Source of the DNA: Chlamydiota bacterium
GTDB lineage: Bacteria; Chlamydiota; Chlamydiia; Chlamydiales; RGXB01
Direction of reading: 5' to 3'
NCBI GenBank assembly: GCA_016866475.1
Contig: VGMF01000003.1
Coordinates: forward strand, 83,661-147,660
DNA length: 64,000 nucleotides
Shown here: positions 37,428 through 46,499 of the stretch, one piece after another
How positions within the stretch are numbered: the first letter of the stretch is position 1
Layout of the letters: each line of letters starts with the position of its first letter
Made by a program: the position numbers and the translations under genes
The notes under the pieces: generated by a model
Told to the model about the DNA's origin: nothing
The model's input: the letters and a program-made list of their open reading frames with translations, nothing else
Databases searched by the model: none

Positions 37428-38669
37428 TTAATCTCTCTCTTTTTTTAACGCTGTACTTTTTATCAAAGCCTCCTTAGCCAGTCTTTGGATTGGCTCGAGC
37501 TGAATCTCCTTTTTGCCAAGATAGATTTCCAGAGGGCGCACGTACCCATCCATCAAACCAAGTCTCGTCCATTCAACAATATCGTTAGCTTCGGCAACTC
37601 TTTGGTAATTTTTTTTCAAAGACTCGTGATCTAAAAAAAGACTTGAGATCTCGTACTTTTTGACCAAATCCTTTTCAAAACCACCCCCTTGAAAATTTTT
37701 GCAACCCCATTCTTCCAAATCCAGCCTGCTATAGAAGTCGTTCAACGTTTTTCGCTCGTCTGAAACACCCACCAGCTCAATTGAGGCGGCACCAAGATAA
37801 ACGGCTATCCGGACACAAAAATTCAGCGTGTCGTAACCCCCCTCAAACAAAAGATCTGGAAGACCGGCCCAATTTGCAACATCCTGCTCAAAAGGGTATA
37901 AATTATTCTGACCCGCCCATATCAAATCCCCTTTACACATCTGCAAAAATTCCGTTTTGGCCCTTAATTGAAAAAAGGTTGGAATAGCATGCTCTGCATA
38001 TTTAGAGGCTTCCGGGTCGGGATCGATTAGCGTCGCAAAATCGGGTCTTATCCCTGCATCCATTAAATTTTTTGCAGCCGAGCCTGCTGCGATGACCCAA
38101 TGTGTTTTTTTTGCTTCCTCAATTAGTTTCAGGGTCTCTTTTTCCATCAAAGCACCCCCTACTATGAGCCAAGGAGCATGAAAATCCCCTTTCAATGAGG
38201 ACATGAGACTAAACTTAGGAAATGTGAGTAAGGAATGGAATACATTTCTAAAATGAGAAAGCCCGAGATTTTTTCCTTCTTGGTGCAAAGCCTCGAAATG
38301 GATCGCATCCTCCACAAAATTTCTAAAAAGTCTCGAGGGACCTTTAGTGAATACCTCAAATTTTTTCCCACCCAAAAAAAAGGGGAATTTTCTTTCTGTA
38401 GCTATGGTTACATTAGGTGCACTCAAAAGCATTTCAAAAACAGGATCTTCAAGGACTCCTCGAATTTTAGAGACCTCCTCCTCAACAAAAATCACCTCTT
38501 TGTCGATGAGGTCGGGCAAGGATTGGAGCCATTCTACTCCATCAAACAAAATAAGCTCTTTTTCAGAAAAGACTTTGGGCTCGTAAATAACCTTTTTTTG
38601 TTCTTGTTGGATTCGCACCAGCCATCCGAGAAAAGGATTTTTATCTATTAATCTTTCAATAACCTGCAT
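37428..38669 (-). CDS. Maf/MptE-like (DUF115) domain protein
   Basis: P.LIVGGA, VIAAGSA...L..AGIRPDF...IDP, G.DT.NF...IA.YLGA..I.LVG. Confidence 0.7.
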   Translation of the reverse strand: MQVIERLIDKNPFLGWLVRIQQEQKKVIYEPKVFSEKELILFDGVEWLQSLPDLIDKEVIFVEEEVSKIRGVLEDPVFEMLLSAPNVTIATERKFPFFLGGKKFEVFTKGPSRLFRNFVEDAIHFEALHQEGKNLGLSHFRNVFHSLLTFPKFSLMSSLKGDFHAPWLIVGGALMEKETLKLIEEAKKTHWVIAAGSAAKNLMDAGIRPDFATLIDPDPEASKYAEHAIPTFFQLRAKTEFLQMCKGDLIWAGQNNLYPFEQDVANWAGLPDLLFEGGYDTLNFCVRIAVYLGAASIELVGVSDERKTLNDFYSRLDLEEWGCKNFQGGGFEKDLVKKYEISSLFLDHESLKKNYQRVAEANDIVEWTRLGLMDGYVRPLEIYLGKKEIQLEPIQRLAKEALIKSTALKKERD

Positions 38670-39058
38670 AAATCCTCATAGGGCCTTAACTCTCCCAGAT
38701 AGCTAATCCCCCCTTTAGAAATTCTATACAATCCCTCATGGTCTTGACTCACCCAGGCGATAAAAGGGGCCTGAATCCAGTGATTGTATCCCAAAAGCTG
38801 CTGAAAAGCTGCCGCATTGGGTTTGTGGTGCTTACATTCAAACAACACTAATGGCCTCAAATTCTCTTGTTCGAAATGGTATGCCAGAAGGTCTATACGA
38901 CGATCTTTAGGCAGAGTTTTTGACCTCAAGTTTTGATTAAAATGGGGCAATTGATGTATCGCCCTCTCCTTGACAAGCAATTGAGAGGGAAACAAAAACA
39001 ATTTGCACAAACGATCCATCAGATCCTGACGGATCTTCTCTTCAGGATGGTTCAACAA
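38648..39058 (-). CDS. Stand-alone type I restriction HsdR N-terminal-like (PD-(D/E)xK) domain protein
   Basis: PEEKIRQ, .P..L...E, RRIDLL, P.VL.ECK, AFQQLLGYN. Confidence 0.75.
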   Translation of the reverse strand: MLNHPEEKIRQDLMDRLCKLFLFPSQLLVKERAIHQLPHFNQNLRSKTLPKDRRIDLLAYHFEQENLRPLVLFECKHHKPNAAAFQQLLGYNHWIQAPFIAWVSQDHEGLYRISKGGISYLGELRPYEDLCRLLKD

Positions 39059-39638
39059 CCTCTAAGACTCCATAGGTACCATTGTGGCGTTTATAAAGTG
39101 CCATTAAATTGAGTGATCTTTCGTCTTTAAACATCATACACGGCTCATCGGAAAGTTCCATCTTCATAATAGCCTCTTCAAGGAGCAAAGTCTTGAGAAT
39201 TTGCTTGGAATTACGTGTAATCGGCGGTAGCAGGGCTTCTTGAATCTCTTTGTAATTTTCCGATTCTATTTCTCTGTTTATAATTTCAGTATTATCTTCC
39301 CAGAACAGATGGTTTTTCATGCTATCTGCTTTTTTGTGGTGATCTTTCACAAGGTCATGATACTTTTTGAATTTAGCCTCTAGAATAGAAAATGCAGCAT
39401 CAATCGACGCATACAAGTCTTTTGTGCTTGCCTCGGCACGAACTTTTAGATGCATCGACGCATACACCAAGATCGTAAACTTATGCATGTACCGCTCGAT
39501 TCCGTAGGTAAAAAAAGCCCTTTGAATAGGGATACCAAACGAATGGTGATCAAGGACTTTTTGAAATTTATCTTCGGCATATTGGCGAATAGCATCGGTA
39601 AGAACAAGACTGCCTCTTGCAGTGTGATGTAGATCCAT
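39042..39638 (-). CDS. hpf: Ribosome hibernation promoting factor (long HPF)
   Basis: LTDAIRQYA..KF, DLYASID.A...LE...KKY, C-terminal LEEAIMKMELS....MF......ALYKR.NG.YG. Confidence 0.88.
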   Translation of the reverse strand: MDLHHTARGSLVLTDAIRQYAEDKFQKVLDHHSFGIPIQRAFFTYGIERYMHKFTILVYASMHLKVRAEASTKDLYASIDAAFSILEAKFKKYHDLVKDHHKKADSMKNHLFWEDNTEIINREIESENYKEIQEALLPPITRNSKQILKTLLLEEAIMKMELSDEPCMMFKDERSLNLMALYKRHNGTYGVLEVVEPS

Positions 39639-39670
39639 AATTTAGCCCTTTTAGGTAGAGTCCGCTTTAT

Positions 39671-40720
39671 CTAAGCTACTATAGAATTTATTTTGATACT
39701 TCTCAATCCTAAATTCCCAAGCTGGCCGCAAGCTGCCATTTCCTTTTCCCCTTTTGTTCCCCTAAGATACACCCGGTAGCCGTACCCCCGCAACCGATTT
39801 GCAAATTTTTGCGTTGCCTCAGCCGAAGGGGTTTTAAATCTTGCACGGCTTTGCGGGTTGTAAGGGATCAAATTGATCCTAAGATCGTCAAAGCCCTGGG
39901 AAAAAAGGGCTAATTCATCTGCCATCTCTAAAAAATCGGTAACGTCCGCAAGTAAAACGTATTCAAACAATAAAGTTCGTTTTGGATGGCTCCTTTGATA
40001 CTCTAAAAGGGCCTCTTTAAGCACTGCCATCGGAAACGCACGATTAATAGGCATTACCTTAGAGCGGATCGTATCATTGGATCCGTTAATGGAAATAGCC
40101 AATTTGACGCGAGGGTCTATCTCTTGGGTAAACCGCTTAAGAACATCTACTAACCCGCTAGTTGAAACAGTAATTCGGCTGGGGCCGAGCCCAAAACCGA
40201 ACGGGTCTATGAAAATGTTTATCGCCTGCTTTACCGCCTCGTAGTTGTCGAACGGTTCCCCCATCCCCATAAACACAAGATTGCGCACAGGAATTTTTCG
40301 CACAATTTTTGCGTAATAAAGCTGTAGCACGATTTCCTTGACCGTCAAACTACGTAAAAGGCCCAACCTCCCGGTTTCGCAAAAGGCGCACCCCATCTTG
40401 CAGCCGACCTGCGAGGAGAGACATAGGGTAAAACCAAAATCCATTTGAATTTCTACACTTTCTGCCTCTAAACCATCCGAAAAAGTCTGCAACCATTTCG
40501 ACCCTTTTTGCTCAAAGGTCGACGGGATCGAAAAATCGGTTAGTTTTAATACATCTTGCAAAAGTTTTTGAGCTGTAGGGAGTACATCGTTTGGATCGGG
40601 TAAACGCCCGTCTTTGTACCACAGTGTGTAAACCAGAGCCGCGATTTCTTTCCCTTTATTTAAAAGATCAAAGATCGCATCGACGTACTGTTTTTGAGTC
40701 AAACTGAAGATATCTATCAT
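39671..40720 (-). CDS. rlmN: 23S rRNA/tRNA m2A methyltransferase RlmN
   Basis: TLCLSSQVGCKMGCAFCETG radical SAM motif, NLVFMGMGEP, NLIPYN, AACGQL. Start at ATG 40720; the longer ORF runs into the tRNA. Confidence 0.95.
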   Translation of the reverse strand: MIDIFSLTQKQYVDAIFDLLNKGKEIAALVYTLWYKDGRLPDPNDVLPTAQKLLQDVLKLTDFSIPSTFEQKGSKWLQTFSDGLEAESVEIQMDFGFTLCLSSQVGCKMGCAFCETGRLGLLRSLTVKEIVLQLYYAKIVRKIPVRNLVFMGMGEPFDNYEAVKQAINIFIDPFGFGLGPSRITVSTSGLVDVLKRFTQEIDPRVKLAISINGSNDTIRSKVMPINRAFPMAVLKEALLEYQRSHPKRTLLFEYVLLADVTDFLEMADELALFSQGFDDLRINLIPYNPQSRARFKTPSAEATQKFANRLRGYGYRVYLRGTKGEKEMAACGQLGNLGLRSIKINSIVA

Positions 40721-40731
40721 AGTAAATATAT

Positions 40732-40805
40732 TGCACCGGGAGGGACTTGAACCCCCAACCACCTGGTTCGAAGCCAGGTACTCTATCCGGTTGAGCTACC
40801 GGTGC
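40732..40805 (-). tRNA. tRNA-Arg(TCG)
   Basis: GCACCGG acceptor, CCTGG-CT-TCG-AA-CCAGG anticodon arm, GGTTCAAGTCC; no encoded CCA. Confidence 0.96.
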
Positions 40806-40949
40806 AAAAAAGATGGTTATAAAATCGTTTTGGGCACCCAGATTTTACCTCCATAAGGGCCTTTAAGTCAAAATAAATCCAATAAAAGAATTCAGGTAAA
40901 GAAATCTATTTCAATAGGATCTTATCGGGACAAGCGGTAAAATAGATTT

Positions 40950-41504
40950 ATGGTTACACAAACAAAAGGGATTGTCTTGAAGGTGATCCGCTACAGCGAC
41001 ACCCAAGAGATCCACACCCTTTTTACTGAACAAATGGGGCTCATTTCCTTAATTACTAAAGTCAAAAAAAGGGGGAACCTGCCCCCCTTATACGAAGGGG
41101 AATTCACCCTTCGTAAAGGAAAAAATTTCTTTCAACTGGTCGATGCGAGACAAACGGCCCACCATCATCTCATCCGTGAACGCCTACTATCGATCGAGAC
41201 TGCATTCCAACTCATTCATATCTTGCTAAAAAGTCAAATGCCTCTAAAACCGGCACCTGCCCTCTATGCCCTGTTCAGCGCTTTTTTAAAACAGATCCCC
41301 TCTCTGGAAAACTTGCCTGCTCTAAAGGCTGTTTTCATCGCAAAACTTCTTCTTCACGAGGGGCATCTGGATCCCGACAACGAACTCTTATCGCAATTGG
41401 CCGTTTTGAAATCTTTTAAGGATATAGAGTTATTCATCCTCCCAAAAGGGGGAGAAAAAGAAATTGATAACCGTTTTGATGATGCTTATGATTTTATTTT
41501 CTAA
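40950..41504 (+). CDS. recO: DNA repair protein RecO (short)
   Basis: TKGIVLK...YSD...I.TLFT...G.IS, SQ...KPAP.LY.L, F..KLL.HEG. Confidence 0.85.
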   Translation: MVTQTKGIVLKVIRYSDTQEIHTLFTEQMGLISLITKVKKRGNLPPLYEGEFTLRKGKNFFQLVDARQTAHHHLIRERLLSIETAFQLIHILLKSQMPLKPAPALYALFSAFLKQIPSLENLPALKAVFIAKLLLHEGHLDPDNELLSQLAVLKSFKDIELFILPKGGEKEIDNRFDDAYDFIF

Positions 41505-41520
41505 AAAAATTAAAAGAAAT

Positions 41521-41603
41521 TGCGCAGAAGAGGACTCGAACCTCCACAGGATTTCTCCCACAACCACCTCAAAGTTGCGTGTCTACCATTCCACCATCTG
41601 CGC
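41521..41603 (-). tRNA. tRNA-Leu(GAG)
   Basis: GCGCAGA acceptor, CAACT-TT-GAG-GT-GGTTG anticodon arm, long variable arm, GGTTCGAGTCC; no encoded CCA. Confidence 0.96.
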
Positions 41604-41604
41604 G

Positions 41605-41904
41605 ATGAAAAGTAAAAGTGTTGCTACAAAGCTACTCCAAATCATAATTTCGGGCAACACTTTTATTGCCCTAAAGCTTATAAGGTTCTACCAGATCTTT
41701 CTTGATCCGTTAAAACCTAAATCCTGTCGATTTTATCCCTCCTGCTCAAACTACATGGCTGAAGCGATCCAAAAAAAAGGGTTGCTGAAGGGATTATGGA
41801 TGGGTTCAAAAAGAATTTTAAAATGCCACCCGTTTCATCCGGGAGGATTGGATCTTGTTGATGAGGAGGGGATTTCCAGCTCTCGTCCTACCGACAAGAC
41901 CTGA
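41605..41904 (+). CDS. yidD: Membrane protein insertion efficiency factor YidD
   Basis: [18 protein letters not shown]...G..KG.....[14 protein letters not shown]. The upstream part of the listed ORF overlaps the tRNA and is rejected. Confidence 0.92.
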   Translation: MKSKSVATKLLQIIISGNTFIALKLIRFYQIFLDPLKPKSCRFYPSCSNYMAEAIQKKGLLKGLWMGSKRILKCHPFHPGGLDLVDEEGISSSRPTDKT

Positions 41905-42938
41905 CCCGTACCAATATGATTGATCTCGGCTATCTCCTCAACACTCACCCCGTAGTGGCGGGCTATTTGCCACAGAGTTTCCTTAGGCTCGACCCTATGG
42001 AGGATACGTTTTTTTTCCTCCACTACAACCGGTTCTACAGCCAATCTGTTTTCAAAAAAGCGCGATGCTTTTAAGCGCACCGCATCGCTTCTAGGGCTGT
42101 CAATAAGTTTTTTCACCCCCTCAACAACCCAGGGCTGGTGTTTCTCCACGAGGTCCAAAAGCTCGAGCACTTGTGCGTCCTCAAGAGAAAATAGATCCGG
42201 CTCGATCCAAAAATAGAGTGAAGCAACATTTTTCGATCTGCGCTCCAAAAGTGGGCGCAATAATGTTTTCACAGAACGCAGCGATTTTAAATCCACCTCA
42301 TCGGACAGCAAGAGAATCGATAAAATATTTTCGGGCTCCATAACTACTTTCGAAGCTTCAAAAATTCTTTGGAGCCTCTGAAATTCAGGGGTTGAAAAAA
42401 GGGCTTTTTTCAGTGAGTCGGGTGCTTTGTCTCCCAATCTTTTGCATTCATTGATTAGCCCCTCGACCGATAAAGGCCATAGCTCTGAATCCAGAAATTT
42501 TTTTACGAGAGAAAAATCGGCATCGCCTAGACCTGCAAAAAGGACTACCTTGATCCGCTCCCCCCCCTCGTTCTCAAAGAAAATCTCCCTTTTTTGCAGC
42601 CCCTCCTGAGCGAGTACCCTATCTATCGGAAAATAGTGAAATTGGGTCAATAGCCCTAATGCCAGATCACGCCTTAGAAACCCGCTTTCTACATGCTGAG
42701 ATTTTGAAAGCTCTTGTTGCAGCTGCTCATTTGACATGAAAAAAAATTGTTTTAAAACCTCGCCGCCTACTCCCCGATCCTTCCTGGCATCGATCACCGG
42801 ATCAATCAACTGGATGGTGGTCATCAACTCTTTTTTTTCCCAGGCCTTCAATATTTGCGTGGCAATAAACACCACATTGAACGTCAGTGAAAGGATTAAA
42901 ACAGTCAACAACTTGGTGGGAAAGCGATTTTCTTCCAT
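41835..42938 (-). CDS. Membrane-anchored LysM domain protein
   Basis: N-terminal TM segment; C-terminal [29 protein letters not shown].....[10 protein letters not shown] LysM domain. Confidence 0.88.
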   Translation of the reverse strand: MEENRFPTKLLTVLILSLTFNVVFIATQILKAWEKKELMTTIQLIDPVIDARKDRGVGGEVLKQFFFMSNEQLQQELSKSQHVESGFLRRDLALGLLTQFHYFPIDRVLAQEGLQKREIFFENEGGERIKVVLFAGLGDADFSLVKKFLDSELWPLSVEGLINECKRLGDKAPDSLKKALFSTPEFQRLQRIFEASKVVMEPENILSILLLSDEVDLKSLRSVKTLLRPLLERRSKNVASLYFWIEPDLFSLEDAQVLELLDLVEKHQPWVVEGVKKLIDSPRSDAVRLKASRFFENRLAVEPVVVEEKKRILHRVEPKETLWQIARHYGVSVEEIAEINHIGTGQVLSVGRELEIPSSSTRSNPPG

Positions 42939-43071
42939 TTACAAAAATAGATTTATACTTAAAAACCTATTTAAAAAGGAATCGGTTTTCCTCCTGTTTT
43001 TGAAAGTACGTTCGTTTTTTATATACATTCGAATTGAGTGAAAAGAGAAAAAGATTTACCCTTTAAGGGAT

Positions 43072-45039
43072 ATGAAAGTACCTCTTGATTGGCTAAAAGA
43101 ATTCATCGATATCAGTGATATCTCCCTCCATAATCTTGCAGAAGACATGACAACGCGCGGATTGGAGGTGGATGCCTTCAATGACCATTTTTTGGAAGTG
43201 AGTCAAACCCCCGACCTGGGTTATACTCGCTCCATATTGGGGGTGGCCCGATTTGTACGCCAATTTACAGACCTGCCGATCAAGATGCCCAAAATTGAAT
43301 CCGTCCCTTACATTCTTCAGGCGCCAAAAGTTTCGATTGATGATGTTGTAAAGGGGCATGTCCTCCAGTACTCTTTACAGGAGGTCCGTGGGATACAGAA
43401 CGGCCCCTCCCCCGATTGGATGCAATCTCGTCTCAAGTTAGCCGGAACGACCCCGAAAAACCTTATTATCGACGTCACAAATTATGTGCAAATCGCGTTT
43501 GGCCAACCGATGCACGCATTTGATGCAGATCATCTTGAAGGGTCGCTGCATGTCAGTATGCAAAACGGATCCCAACCTTTCAAAACCCTTCTTGATACGG
43601 ATGTCGAAATCCCCCCACATGCTATTTTGATCCAATCTAAAAACCGGACCGAGGCGGTGGCGGGTGTGATCGGAAGCAAAACAACCGCCATAAGTTCCAG
43701 CACATCCAATATCCTTTTAGAATCGGCACAATTTTCCCCGACCTCGATCCGTCGCACCTCCAAAAATATGCGCCTTTCTACCCCCTCATCGCAGCGCTTC
43801 GAAAACCAAATTGATCCGGATATGGTAGCAAAAGCCTTGGAATACGCCGTTTTTCTACTTCATACCCTGGGCAAAGGGACTGCCTCCCAACCAGTCCACC
43901 ATATCCTTTACAAGCTCAAACCCCATAAAACAAAATTGCACCTTGAGCGTGTCGAATCTCTCCTTGGAATAAAAACATCGATTGAAGAGCTCAAAAAAGT
44001 TCTAGAGCAGATCGATATGAAAATCCTTGAAGAAGACTCCCATGCGCTTTTTGTAGAGATCCCTCTTTATCGGACCGATTTGGCAAAAGAGATCGATTTG
44101 ATCGAGGAGATTATTAAAATTTTGGGGTTTGAAAGGCTTTTAGAAAAGACGGCTCAGATTCCTTTATCCGAAACACCTCCCGATCTTGAGGTCGAGTGTA
44201 GACGTTTGTTGCGCAAAAAACTTTTGCAACAGGGTTTGATGGAAATCATGACCCCCTCCCTTGTCAATAAAGAGCACCTGATCGGCCCTCATAGCAGCAT
44301 AGAGGTAAAAAATGCCCTCTCCGATCGCTCCGTTTTGCGTACGACACATCTATACGGAGCACTCGAATCGGTTTTGCACAATCAAAATCATGGCTGCAAT
44401 GCTTTGGAAGCATTTGAAATCGGCGCCGTTTACTATAAAGAAGGGGCCCATTTCAAAGAAGAGACGATGGTCAGCATCGTGATTGTGGGGCATGACAAGA
44501 GTTTGCTCGATTTAAAAGGGGTTTGCGAAACTCTTTTTGAACAGCTTCATGTTGAAAAAAGCATAACCATCGTATCGCATATGCCCAAGTTCCACCCTCA
44601 TAGGCAAGCGCATCTTGAGGTGAGAGGAAAACAGATCGCCCAGATTGGAGAGTTACATCCGCAGCTATTGAAAGAATTTGGGATTAAAAAAAGGGTCTAT
44701 TTTGCCGAAATAGCGATCCATACCCTCATGCATGTCATGCCTAAACTTTTCCATATCCAACCCATCTCTTCTTATCCTGCGATAGAACGCGATACAACGT
44801 TGGTAGTTCCCAAGACAATAACGTTTGGATTTATTGAAGCGCTTATTCAGCAGCATCGCCCCGCATTAATGCAAGAATACCACCTAAAAGGGATCTATGA
44901 CCCCGATCCTCAAGCCGCTATGCATAACGTTACCTTGCATTGGGTATACCGCTCTCTCGAACGTTCTTTAACACAAGAAGAGATCGATTTGAAGATGCAG
45001 GAGCTGCTTGAAAAACTGCAGCATGAAATCTACTCTTGA
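43072..45039 (+). CDS. pheT: Phenylalanine--tRNA ligase beta subunit (lacking B2 domain)
   Basis: MKVPLDWLKEF, SPDWMQ.RL, IDVTNYV...GQPMHAFD, ILLESA.F, R.DL..EIDLIEEI, LRTT, GELHP, YPAIERD. Confidence 0.95.
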   Translation: MKVPLDWLKEFIDISDISLHNLAEDMTTRGLEVDAFNDHFLEVSQTPDLGYTRSILGVARFVRQFTDLPIKMPKIESVPYILQAPKVSIDDVVKGHVLQYSLQEVRGIQNGPSPDWMQSRLKLAGTTPKNLIIDVTNYVQIAFGQPMHAFDADHLEGSLHVSMQNGSQPFKTLLDTDVEIPPHAILIQSKNRTEAVAGVIGSKTTAISSSTSNILLESAQFSPTSIRRTSKNMRLSTPSSQRFENQIDPDMVAKALEYAVFLLHTLGKGTASQPVHHILYKLKPHKTKLHLERVESLLGIKTSIEELKKVLEQIDMKILEEDSHALFVEIPLYRTDLAKEIDLIEEIIKILGFERLLEKTAQIPLSETPPDLEVECRRLLRKKLLQQGLMEIMTPSLVNKEHLIGPHSSIEVKNALSDRSVLRTTHLYGALESVLHNQNHGCNALEAFEIGAVYYKEGAHFKEETMVSIVIVGHDKSLLDLKGVCETLFEQLHVEKSITIVSHMPKFHPHRQAHLEVRGKQIAQIGELHPQLLKEFGIKKRVYFAEIAIHTLMHVMPKLFHIQPISSYPAIERDTTLVVPKTITFGFIEALIQQHRPALMQEYHLKGIYDPDPQAAMHNVTLHWVYRSLERSLTQEEIDLKMQELLEKLQHEIYS

Positions 45040-45094
45040 AGAAAATAAAGACTTTCAAGCATTCTTCAAACTAACTATTATGATGAGGTTTTTC

Positions 45095-46069
45095 ATGAAC
45101 CGGCGTGTTACTTTGGCTGCATTGGCTCTTATTGTGCTAGCTTCTTGCGGATCAAATAAGGATGCAGAGGTGATCGCACAACGTTACATACACAAGTATG
45201 GTTATGACGTATCCTATGAAGATTGGACAGGCCATGATTATCCGGGTCAAGTGATCACGACTCTGAAAAATGGTGTAAGCATTTCTGAAAGCTTCGAAGA
45301 GGGGCGTTTGCATGGACCAAGAACGATCACCTATCCCCACAGCCAAACTTTAAATCAGCTTGAGGTCTACTCCAAAGGGGAACTCAAACGTCGTGTAACC
45401 TACTCTGTGCGCGGAGTTCCCAGCATGGAAGAGCTTTTCTCATCCCCTACAGAAACAAAAGTAACGACCTGGTACCACTCGGGAAGCCCCCGCTCTCAAG
45501 AGGAGTACCTCGGTTCTATTTTGATTTCGGCCGAGTACTACAATCCACAAAATGAGGTGGAGTCTCGAATCGATGATGGTTCAGGACAAAAGACCTCGCG
45601 CAACGTGTATGGGGATCTGTTGTCTAAAGAGATTGTGCGCAATACCGAAACGGTCTACGTTGAAGAGTTTCATGCAAATGGAACACCAAAGCTAATCGCC
45701 TCTTTTGAAAATGGTGAACTTGAGGGAAAGCGTCAAGAATTTGCATACACCGGGGAGCCGCTACTAGTGGAGTATTATCACAATGGTCTTTTGGAAGGGC
45801 TCTCTACAAAATTCCAAAATGGCTGTAAGTACGAAGAGATCCCCTACAAACAAGGGGTGAAGCATGGGATCGCAAAACGCTTTGTGGACGGCGAATCTGT
45901 GATTGAAGAGACAAACTGGGCTTATAACAAAAAGCATGGTTCAAGCATCATTTATGTGGACGGGGTAGCGAAAACTACCTGGTTCTTCCAGGGGGCCAAG
46001 GTGTCTAAACCCCGTTTTGATGACCTTAACGGCCGTCTGGAAATGCTAGCCAGCAACGACCCCCTTTAA
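45095..46069 (+). CDS. Lipoprotein with MORN-variant (YwqK-like) repeats
   Basis: Lipobox LASC; repeated G.L.G...Y/F..NG motifs. Start placed at ATG 45095. Confidence 0.8.
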   Translation: MNRRVTLAALALIVLASCGSNKDAEVIAQRYIHKYGYDVSYEDWTGHDYPGQVITTLKNGVSISESFEEGRLHGPRTITYPHSQTLNQLEVYSKGELKRRVTYSVRGVPSMEELFSSPTETKVTTWYHSGSPRSQEEYLGSILISAEYYNPQNEVESRIDDGSGQKTSRNVYGDLLSKEIVRNTETVYVEEFHANGTPKLIASFENGELEGKRQEFAYTGEPLLVEYYHNGLLEGLSTKFQNGCKYEEIPYKQGVKHGIAKRFVDGESVIEETNWAYNKKHGSSIIYVDGVAKTTWFFQGAKVSKPRFDDLNGRLEMLASNDPL

Positions 46070-46093
46070 AGGTCTTTAACGATTGTTCCCGTT

Positions 46094-46125
46094 AAAGAGG
46101 GCCTCTACGAGGCCCTCTTTTCTTT
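46094..46125. terminator. Intrinsic terminator
   Basis: AAAGAGGGCCTC-TAC-GAGGCCCTCTTT-TCTTT. Confidence 0.85.
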
Positions 46126-46251
46126 AACCCCCTCACTTAGAGCCTCTAACAATTCCCCTAGTAAGATTTTATAAAAAATGATACAAAAAGGGTACGGGTA
46201 GAGCGAGATTGCCGCCTTACCGGCTATTGGAAATTCAAAAAAGGGGGGGCT

Positions 46252-46425
46252 ATGGATGAAGAGGCAGAAAAAAAAATCGCTATTCTTGAATCGATGAATG
46301 ACCAGCTACAAGCAGAGTTTAACCATTTGAATTCCTTATTAAAGGAACTTGGGTTTGATGAGGGGATAGAATCTCTTAAAATTGCCGCTGTAGAGTTAAT
46401 TCGTAAACGGAAGAACCTCGATTAA
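46252..46425 (+). CDS. Small hypothetical protein (57 aa); not in ORF track
   Basis: MDEEAEKKIAILESMNDQLQAEFNHLNSLLKELGFDEGIESLKIAAVELIRKRKNLD; purine-rich ribosome-binding site; amphipathic helical pattern. Confidence 0.75.
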   Translation: MDEEAEKKIAILESMNDQLQAEFNHLNSLLKELGFDEGIESLKIAAVELIRKRKNLD

Positions 46426-46499
46426 AACCTGACAAATCCGGCATCAAAATTTCGAGAGCGCCCTCCCCTTTTTATAGGCGAGAATACTCTCGTGGTTAT

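Noticed and set aside
38648-39058. Type I restriction-modification or other defence system
   Set aside because: Only a 136-aa HsdR N-terminal-like domain; no helicase, hsdM or hsdS in the window.
41464-41604. N-terminal extension of yidD in the ORF track
   Set aside because: Runs antisense through tRNA-Leu(GAG) and overlaps recO; not YidD-like.
45095-46069. YwqK-like antitoxin of a toxin-antitoxin pair
   Set aside because: The similarity reflects MORN-variant repeats; it is a lipoprotein with no adjacent toxin.
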